A stretch of DNA of 36,304 nt from Basidioascus undulatus. Lineage: Eukaryota. This document shows positions 27,525 through 36,304 of the stretch, one piece after another. The position numbers and the translations under genes were made by a program. Location: NCBI GenBank assembly GCA_000826855.1, contig JTLS01000101.1, positions 1 through 36,304 on the forward strand, given 5' to 3'. The notes under the pieces were generated by a model, which searched no databases, had not been told where the DNA came from, and saw nothing but the letters and a program-made list of their open reading frames with translations. How positions within the stretch are numbered: the first letter of the stretch is position 1; each line of letters starts with the position of its first letter.

Positions 27525-28860
27525 ATGACTTCTTCGGCCTGTGAGAAGCAGCCTTCAGCACTTCTGCCTGTTCTTCTTCTACTTGCGGGCCTTGGTTGTT
27601 GGGTGGGCTGTTCGAAGCAGTGCTGCTTGGAGCTTTACTCAGCGCCGTTGCGGGCTTCATTTGGTCAGGTCCCCGACGGATGCAAGGATCGGTAGATCCC
27701 AGCCGTGTCCTGACGAAATGTTCACCAGACTATTCCGAACGACAGTATGTTCATCGCGGTCTCTATATCAATTCTCGTCTTCACCTGGTCAGTCGTTCAT
27801 CTTGGGCCGGCTCTCTATGGCACAGAAGGTCTCGGGCTGCGCATTTCTCAGTTTCCATTTTGCTGTTCCGCTTCAATCATCTGGGACCTCCTGCTTTGAG
27901 GAGCTAGGCGATTCGGGCCAAATGGACTGTGCATCTTGGACTGACGCCCAGCACGACTTTCGGCCAGAGATAACCAGCAAACCATGGCGGTACGATTATG
28001 ATCATCGCAGGCAGCTGCGTCTCGTTCCAAGTTCAGGTCAGCCCTCCGGAAACTTTCCCTCTGTGTCTGGCCGTTCACTGAAGCTTCGACTTGGACGGTC
28101 TTTGCGGTCCCTTGTTTGCAGGTAAGCTCTTGATGCTTGGTCTGAAGGTTTTCGATTGGTAACGTAGTCAGAATGTCCGTGTTGCACGATCTGAAATGAG
28201 GCATCTTCGCCGCCTCCGTCTTTGTGGCGTCAGTCCTGGCAACCTTGACGTTTGGCCTCATGGTTGGTATCGCTGCTTGCGTTGGACAAATTTCGGTGCG
28301 GCACCATCGAGTCCCACTAAGTATGCCGTTGGGTCGTCCTCACCTCCGTTCGTCTCAACAGGCGTTCAATGTTGCCGTTGGGCACGGCAGCATTGCAGAT
28401 TGGGGAACGACGGCCTGCTATGCTAGTGCGCTCGGTAGGTTTTATTTCTGCTCTCCTTCAACGCCTACTCAGGGAAACTCACGCCCTGGTTGCAGCAACC
28501 GATATCATGCTGGCTGTCGTGATGGTTTGATACCTCATGAAAAGCAAGACGGGCTTCCGGAATACTGTACGTGGAGCATCAGGGCGCTCCTGCCTGAAAC
28601 CCTTGTGCCTGACAACATATCAGCATTCTCTCTGCTAGGACGGAGTGCTGAATAAGACTTTGCAGACAGCCTATGGGATCCCCTTCGTTCCGCTCACCTT
28701 GATAGCGACCGCTGGAACGGAACAGACGCGCTCCTTCAAGTGACACCGGAACACACCATTGGTATCGTGCTTTGCGCATTGATGCAACTTTTGATGTATC
28801 ATTTGGATTCCTCATGATGATTTTACACGGGCGAACAACAGCGTCGACAAGGGTAAACAG
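27525..28860 (+). pseudogene. DUF6534-like basidiomycete multi-pass membrane protein pseudogene (ends approximate)
   Basis: Exon remnants GLFEAVLLGALLSAV, PNDSMFIAVSISILVF, VASVLATLTFGLMVGIA and the characteristic ATDIMLAVVMV*YLMKSKTGFRNT|DGVLNKTLQTA, then LMMILHGR. In-frame TGA at 28197-28199 and 28528-28530; frames are also inconsistent at the 5' end. Family assigned from a recalled motif (D-I---L-YL---RTGF--TD---NKL). Confidence 0.65.
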
Positions 28861-31012
28861 ACTCATGTCGGCGACAAATCAAAGGTCCTTTTTCTCAAGC
28901 GGTGACTTGCGGTTGCAGCACTGACACAAGTTGGGTACAGCTTCACATTCTTTACTCTCATTTTCCCCTGCACATACGGTCACTCCATCATCTATACCCT
29001 TCAATCGTACGTCGTCTCAAGACCGAAATGCGCACGGTTCAGTCTCCTGCCCCCGCATTGCCACTTCGTCCAGACGCGCCGACTTCTGACACATGCTGTC
29101 CGCTGTCCGTAGTCACACGGAGGGTGCTCCGAAACCGAATCCAAGCGACTCGCGCTGATTCATCCGCGCGGCGGCGCCGACGCGCAGCGTGACGGACCGA
29201 CTGCGCTCCGCCTTCTTCCTGTCGCGCCATGTACGCCTTTCTTCAGTCAATTGAGCGTCCTAGGATCCTAAGCGTGTTGTACTGAAATAACCCTGGTCAA
29301 GAGAAACCTGCTCCACTGGACGGCGTCGCCGTCATCTCTCAAGTCGTCGAGTCGTTGACATGGAGAGGTTGGGCGCCCAGCACGACCAGTCGCCCAGCTT
29401 CGCCAGCATATCTCCTTTTGTAAGAACCTTTCTCGGTCGCCTACTCCGATAAGAGCACTCTTATATCTTGTGAACCCCAAACCCCCTCAGATTCCTGGAA
29501 ATGATTCTCGCGACGCCTACAGCAGCAAAGAGTCATTTGCCTGACGAAGGACGGCAGCGCTAGTGCCCCAGCGCCATCATTTGTGTCGCCTCTCCCTTTT
29601 TTCACCTCTCGAGTTGTAGAATCATGGAACTCTGTATTGAACGAAACTGCTAGGTGTACATCAACCGTTCGCGACGGAATGTATCTACATAAGGCGCTTG
29701 CTGCCATAACACAACTGCCGCTCACACAGCAAATCAGGATGAAACGCCCATTCGATCGTTCGAGGACCTGTGTGCTGTGGAACGACCCCCATACAAGGTG
29801 TTATAACCCAGTAACGTTGTTGAAGTCCTCCAGAAGGGGTTCGAAACGACTTCTTCCTGACCTACCCATCTGGCAGGGAGCCTGCTCCTTAAGCTCATGG
29901 ACAACTCCTCGTCGTTCACTTCGCTCCGCTCCATCGGAGTATCTTCTTTCTTTGCCACAGTCGTACTCATCAGATCATCAAGCTGGCATGCGTCGACCCA
30001 TGTCCCGCCACGGTCGCCGCCTTGACGCTTCCACTCTCCCGGCCGGGCTCGCCCAGCTTTACGCATCCCCCTCATCTCCGCACCAGCAAGCCATCCCTTC
30101 CTTCGCTAGGTCTCGTCCGCGCTGATCCGCCCGAAGCGCGTGCGGGCGCGCTGATGCGTGCTTGTAGAAGAGAAGGTCGCGGTGGTCGTGCTGAATGTCT
30201 GCTCGCTGGGAGACTGCGGACGCGGCGGCGTTGGAGCGGGGGAAGGGTTGGAGGGGTACGGGAGGGGGAGAGGGAAGATGCTGTGCCGGATATACGGAAG
30301 AAGAAGGCGGACACGGCGGAGCCCGCGAGTGCGGAGACGTAGTGCCCGAGTGTAGGTGTCGGCGCCTTCGCTGCAAACAACACCCAGGGCATGTCAGCGT
30401 GCCCCGCGTAGGAATAGGCCCAGGATCTGAAGGAAAACATGAAAAAGGTGACGAACGTGCGGACGGGGGCAGGACACGCTGCCTGTGCGTAGCCCAAGCT
30501 GGTCGTGCTAACGTGGTGTGAGTGCGAGCGCGTGGAAGGTCGGGGTAAAGAAGGCACGTACTCCCCTTTACCCGCGCACCCATCTGCTGGGACTTCACCT
30601 TCGTCGCAATTTTAACTATACAAGTCTACCCACTCCCCCCTCAAGCAGTTCTCATCAACCTTCCCCCACTCCTCACCCAAGCGGCCCACATACCCCGCGC
30701 CCATCCTCGCTTCCACCGTCCCCGTCTCCCTCCCCCCTTCCTCCAGCTCCACCAACCCCCTCACCTACAACAGCCTCGGTACAATCAGCAGTCCATTGAT
30801 TGTTTTTTTGGTTAGAAATTTATTGCAAGTTGCGTGAAGCCAGCATAGTCTTCAGGGCCAGCAGCCACGTTTGGGCTTCCTTCGCAGGTCCGCCTCGCGT
30901 GTAGACATAAACAGACATCGACAAAACCTCGGACCTGCTGAACTAATGCGAACAAAATGCAGCAGAAGGAAGTGATTCATTGGTCGTTCATTAAAATGCT
31001 CCGCGCGGATCA

Positions 31013-33585
31013 TCATGGCTGAGCCTCCGACTGAGCGTCGTCGCCGTTTGCCGGTGGCGGCTGGAGGTACTCGATCAAGTGGCCGATGATCTCCTTCTGA
31101 CTCGGCGCCTCGTCCCGCCCCGTCGGCTGTACCTCGCCCATGTTGTCGGCGTACTCTAAGGGTCAACCTCGCATGAGCCGTTGTCCCATTGAGTAGCGTA
31201 CACGGCCATAGAACAGAGAAGTTTGACGAACCCTCGAGTACTTTCACAACGTCCGCGAACGACTTGCCCTTCCGCTTGAGCAGAAGCTCGATGTGGTCTC
31301 GAATCTGCCGTAGATTGAATGTCAACGAGCGCTAATGAAACCGCATGCCAATCGCCAGAAAGTAATGAAAGCGCACCCCGTCGTCCTCCATCGCCAACCA
31401 AGCAATCACGTAATCCGCCATCTGAAGCGTAAATAGCCCCGCCTCGAGCCGTCTCAAGTACGCCTCGTCCTCGTCCTCGTCCTCGTCCTGCGAGCGCTCA
31501 AGCGCTTGCACGCGACCCTCGGCGTTCTCGCGGACTTCGAGCAGCCGGTCCACCTTCTCGTACTCGCGCTCGACGAACTTGGTCAGGAGGCGCAGGCGCT
31601 CAGGCGTGTCTGAGCCGAGGTTCGAGAAGAGCGAGACGAAGATGCCGAGCAGGTGCTCCTCGTCCTCGGACGAGGTGGACGTCGCGCCGAGGCCGGACTT
31701 TTTCGCAGGTGCCTGTGCGGGAGGACGGAGGCGAAAGGCAGGTTCAGCTGCCGCAGCAAAATGAAGCTAGAGTGCGGCGACCTACGCGGTGCATGAACGC
31801 GCTGAAGAGCAGCTTGAGACCCTGAGCCTCAACAAAACGCTCGCTGTTCGCCGACCCAGCAGGTCCAGAGAGCGCATGGTCAAGAACCTTGATGGCGCGC
31901 GTCCGCGCGACGAGTTTCTCCCTGTAACCCCGGATCAACGTCACTTTTTAGCAGGATGTAAATCAAGCAACTCACCGAATGACAAGATTCATCAACTCAA
32001 CGCCCTCCGCTTCGAGGAATAGCTTCTTGATCTCTGGCTCGGCCAGAGCCGAGCACAGCGCGTTGAAGACGTTCTCGAGGAACTCGAGCTCGTCCACGTC
32101 TGCCGGATCGCGTCGACGGAATTGCTATAATTGCGATCATCTGCATCAGCTCAGTCTGCCGCCTTCAAACAGCGATGTGAAGGGAGGCACGGAAAGGACT
32201 CGGAGGAAGGTGTCAACGCCTTCCTTCTCGCCCACGGCGAGCCGGTTCGCGCGGCTGTTTTGCAGCAGGATGGCGAGGATTTCGGACGCGTACTGCTTGT
32301 TCGAGTCGTACGTTTTCGGCTTGATGCGCTCGAGGAGGTAGGAGAGAATGGTGGTGGAGCAGACGAGCGTCTCGCCCAGCTGGGGCCGGAGGGACAGCAG
32401 GTTCTCGAACACGCCTGTAGATGTGCAGGGGTCAGTCAACCCAGCCGAGTGAGCTTGTGCGAACAGGGCAATTGAGGAACACACCGAGTGTATGGAAGAT
32501 GCCTTGCCGGTCCGTTTCCTGCTCCTCGTCCAGCCGGCTCAAGTTCGCGACCAGCAGGTCCAACACCGCGTTCTCCAGCTGCCGCCGCGGATCCCCGTCA
32601 GCCCTCGCCAGACCAACATCGCCCTTCACCCTTCGCCGAGCAGGACGCACCAGCGTATCCACCAGCCTGTTCAGCCCCCTGGCCGGATCCTCGTCCTCGC
32701 CCTCCTCGCCCTCCGCTTCGGAGTCCACTACGTCCTCGTCCGTGAGCTCCTCCAGCACCTCGACGACATCGATCGCGATGTCCGTGTTCTCGTGGCTGAG
32801 CAGGCCGACGAGCTGCACGGCCATGCCAGACTTGACAAGCTCGGGGTAGAACGTGTTCGGGTCTTGGGTGAGGTTTTTGAGATCGTTCAGCGCCGCGTCG
32901 AGGTCCGCTTCGGAGTCGATGAACCTGCCGCGCAGCGGAAAGCATCAGCCTGGAGTTGCTCATTACGACGGCAGCTTGTGGAACTCACTTCGAAGGGTTG
33001 TCAGGGTACTTGACACGCAGCTCCTGGTTCTTCTGCACGGTGCGATCGAACTCTTTGAGTTGCTTTCGTACAGCCGGCAGCGTCAAAGCCCCGGGACCCT
33101 GGACCAGCCCCGCGACCTCATGAGCGTCCTACTCCACTGCCAGCTCGCAACCAGTGAAGTACGTACCTCGTTGCCCTCCCCAGCTTTGTCAAAGATGTCC
33201 AAGATGTCCTTCTGCTTGCTCGTCAGGCCGCCGCCAAAGAAGCGGCCGTCCTCGTCTTCGTCCCCTCCAAAGAAATCGTCGGGGACGCCAGGGGGCTCGT
33301 AACGCCCCTCCTCCTCCTCGTCCGCGACGGTGACCGCGCGCGCCTTGCCCTTGCCCTTGTCCTGAGCGACGGCAGCGCGCTGACGCTCGTCCTCCTCCTG
33401 CTCCGTCCGCGCCCGCTTCATCTGCTCGAGCTGGTCTGGAAGGCCCAACCATTTCCTGTCAGACCCATCACAAGCTAGCTTCACTGAAGCAGAAATGACT
33501 CGCCTGCCGTTGGTCCTGCATCAAGCCGCCGCTTGTTCTTGCCCGCCGGCAGCTGCGGCAGCTTGAACATCTTGGAAACGTCCAT
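31013..33585 (-). CDS. CTNNBL1: Beta-catenin-like protein 1 (CTNNBL1, Prp19 complex-associated), multi-exon
   Basis: Motifs DEDGRFFGGGL, KNQELRVKYPDNPSKFIDSEADLD, LLSHENTDIAIDVVEVLEELTDED, NKQYASEILAILLQ, EFLENVFNALCS, YLRRLEAGLFTLQMADYVIAWL. ATG at 33585 (MDVSKMFKLP), TGA ending at 31013. Confidence 0.95.
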
Positions 33586-33866
33586 GGCGGGCAGGTGCGG
33601 GGTGGTGAGACAACAGGAGGAGCGGTAGGGAGTGCGGTTGCGGGGTTATCCCTGAATGAAGGCGACAGCAAGTGCTACAGAGCACAAGCCAAAGTGAGCA
33701 ACAAAGTGAGCGAGCGAAGACGGAGACGGTGGTCGAGAGTAAGGCGAAGGGCGCGAAGGCGACGCGCGCTCCTTGACCTCAACCGCGAACGCTCGAAACC
33801 CCAAATCCTCGACTGACCCATTTCGACCGTACATTCCTCTGCCGCACAATCGACTCTACGACGTCA

Positions 33867-34348
33867 ATGTCGACATCTGCCGAGACCGCGTCTGCAAAGC
33901 TGACTGAAGCCGCCGCGAATGGGTGCCTCTTCGACGTTCGACTGAGCTCTTCCTTCTCGCACTGACATCATCTCCCGTACGATTCGCTTTTCGCAACAGC
34001 GCGGTGATCGCCAAGCTCGCAGCCTTCTCGCTCGCCATGGCTTTCCTTCCTCTCAGCTCGTACTTCCTCTCCCTGAGCTATCTCTTCAACGGTCAGCGCA
34101 AACGACCATCTCCAACCCATCACGCCGTTATTCCCCTCCAATGAAGCTCTCCTGACGTTCTTCAATATTGAACAGGGAACACGACTTACGCGGCCCTCCT
34201 CGCCGCCGGCGCGGCCAACGTCGTCCTCGTCTGCTACGTTCTCGTCGCCATCTTCGAGGATGGCAGTGGGCCTGGACAGCCGCCGCTGCTCGTGGGCAGG
34301 GCGGTCAAGCCCGCGGAGGACGTGACGGAAGAGAAGAAGGCGCAATGA
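33867..34348 (+). CDS. VMA21: V-ATPase assembly membrane protein Vma21, 3 exons
   Basis: Spliced translation: VIAKLAAFSLAMAFLPLSSYF...FNGNTTYAALLAAGAANVVLVCYVLVAIFED, with two TM helices and the C-terminal dilysine ER-retrieval signal KKAQ-stop. Confidence 0.93.
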
Positions 34349-35198
34349 TTCATGTGATTCCGAATAACGACTTTCTTCGCGCTTGATGGGAAATGCGGGA
34401 ATGTTGTGGATTTACTCATTCGCTATAGGCGGCGGACGCGGGGCCGCAGCGGCAAGGCATCTTCGGGCTGTGCATATACGCAACAATCTTCTCCCGGATA
34501 TTAACCTTCCAGAGAGCTCTCAGAAGGCGGTAAGTCCTCATATTACAGTAGAGACCTGGCCCAGTTCCGCTCGCGAGACCCAGATTGATCACCCGCTCTG
34601 CGTCACCTCGGCGCTACTCCGGACGTTCATACGCCCGTACGCGTTGGCTTATCGCGGTAAATACTCGTAAACTGTGGTAGATCGGAGGTTGGATGAGCTG
34701 GGGAAAAGAGACGGTCGGCGAGGAGGCGCAAGCAGGATTGGATAGGCAGGCATGGTGTGTCCGCACTGGAACCGTCCCGCAGTTGTTCTGACCGTTTAAG
34801 AAGCACGGGGGCAGGATACCAGAAATTTCAAGTACTCCTTTTATTGAACTATAAGGAGACTATTAAACCCTGAGCTGGCCGCACTCGAGCGTCGGGAAGC
34901 GGGCCTTGGCGCTCGGGATGAGTGCTCTAAACCATTGTTTCCTTACACCCAGTGATCAGGCAGTAATGTCCCTTCGGATGACTTTCCTGAAATTCCTCGC
35001 AGCTCAACATTATCTTTCAGACTTGCACCGCAGACCGCGCACGCAGCACTCTCACGCTGCAGCTGACCAGTCCAACGTCCCGCATACAGATGTCCGGCCC
35101 GATGGATAAGTTGTAGCGGTATCGGGAGCGTTTGAATGCTAGCATACTTAGTGGGAAGGTGCTCACTTCATTTGTACAGCCTGGCGAGGATACTTCGA

Positions 35199-36304
35199 CT
35201 CAGCTTCATCATCACTGCCGACGGCATCGCCATGTCACCTGCCAAGATCGATGCCGTCCTCTCCTGGCCGGAACCGCAGACAGTCACGGAGCTCCAGACC
35301 TTCCTCAGTTTCACCAACTTCTACCGCCGCTTCATTCAAGGATACTCCCGCATCATCTTCCCGCTCACTCATCTCCTTAAGAAGGGCACCATCTTCTCCT
35401 TCGACACCCCAGCCCGAGCAGCATTTCAGGCCCTCAAGACCGCATTCACGTCTGCCCCCATCCTGCGCCACTTATATCCTGCCCTAGAAACTGTTATCAA
35501 GTGCAACGCTTCCGATTATGCCATCTCCGCCATACTCTCCCAGGTCCACCCTGACAGCCTCTTACTCCCCATCACCTTCATGTCCCGCAAGATGTCGACA
35601 TCGGAGCGCAACTACGAGATCCATGACAAGGAGCTTCTCGCCATCGTCTCTGCAGTCAAGCTCTGGTGGCACTACCTCGAGAGCGGAGACATTCCGGGTC
35701 CTTACCGACCACAAGAACCTCGAGTACTTCCAGACTGCCCGCATCCTCTCCCGCTGCCAAGCCCGGTGGTCCGAGGAAATCAACCACCACAAGTACTCCA
35801 TCGTCTATCGTCCGGGCATCAAGAATGGTAAAGCGGATGCCCTCACCCAGCATCGCGACTTTGCAGAGGGGGAAAGGCCTCACATGTGCCTGCCCAGATC
35901 CTCCTCTGCCCCTTCTCCCTCTCCGCCATGCTCCCGGCTACCACCCTCTCTCCTGCCTCTGACCTCGCTGACCGCATCCGCTCCTCCCTCGATCATGACC
36001 CAGCCATCAAACACCTCCTCCTATGTGATCCTGACCTCCCCTGCGATGCTGAAACAGCAACCACCCTTGAACCCTTCTCCCTCGAGGAGAACCTTCTCCT
36101 GTGCAATGGCCTCATCTACGTCCCGGATTCCGAACCCCTCAAGGTCAACATCCTATGTAAAGCCCATGATGGGCTCACCGCTGGACACTTTGGCCAAGCC
36201 AAGACCCTCGAGATCGTCTCCCATGATTTCTACTGGCCACAGATGCACACCTTCGTCAGTGACTATGTCCGCACCTGCGACGCATGCCAACGAGCCAAGC
36301 CCCC
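35199..36304 (+). mobile_element. Degenerate Ty3/Gypsy LTR retrotransposon pol fragment (RT C-terminus, RNase H, integrase zinc finger); continues beyond window
   Basis: [88 protein letters not shown]...AGHFG...FYWP...CDACQR. The RT-RH-INT order is Ty3/Gypsy. Intronless; frameshifts near 35680 and 35870. Confidence 0.95.

Noticed and set aside
23857..28530. Alternative genetic code (TGA=Trp or TAG=Gln) explaining the in-frame stops
   Set aside because: TGA terminates CTNNBL1, VMA21 and the membrane protein gene, and TAG terminates PKC1 and TKL1; the GT90 copy also has frameshifts.
29945..29975. CTGATGAG...GAAA on the minus strand resembling a hammerhead ribozyme core
   Set aside because: No stem II pairing between the two core segments and no supporting stems found.
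34784..35010. Possible solo LTR bounded by TGTT...AACA
   Set aside because: No target-site duplication, primer-binding site or second copy in the window.

Overview
Intron-rich, GC-rich eukaryotic DNA from a basidiomycete fungus. Short introns with GTGCGT/GTGAGT/GTTCGT donors and CTGAC branch points suggest a Pucciniomycotina-like yeast (inference). Gene order: 3' part of protein kinase C PKC1 (+), an uncharacterised gene (-), a large uncharacterised multi-pass membrane protein gene (+), BCP1 (+), transketolase (-) and transaldolase (+) arranged head-to-head, a block of decayed genes (GT90/CAP10-like and DUF6534-like pseudogenes plus an unexplained minus-strand unit), CTNNBL1 (-) divergent from VMA21 (+), and a 5'-truncated, CpG-mutated Ty3/Gypsy pol fragment running off the end. 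Most notable: the divergent TKL-TAL pair, each gene with a 5'-UTR intron just before its ATG; a probable 2-nt microexon needed to keep the membrane protein gene in frame; and a nested-stem element in the first intergenic region. Exon structures were assembled by eye and family assignments come from recalled motifs, not database searches.
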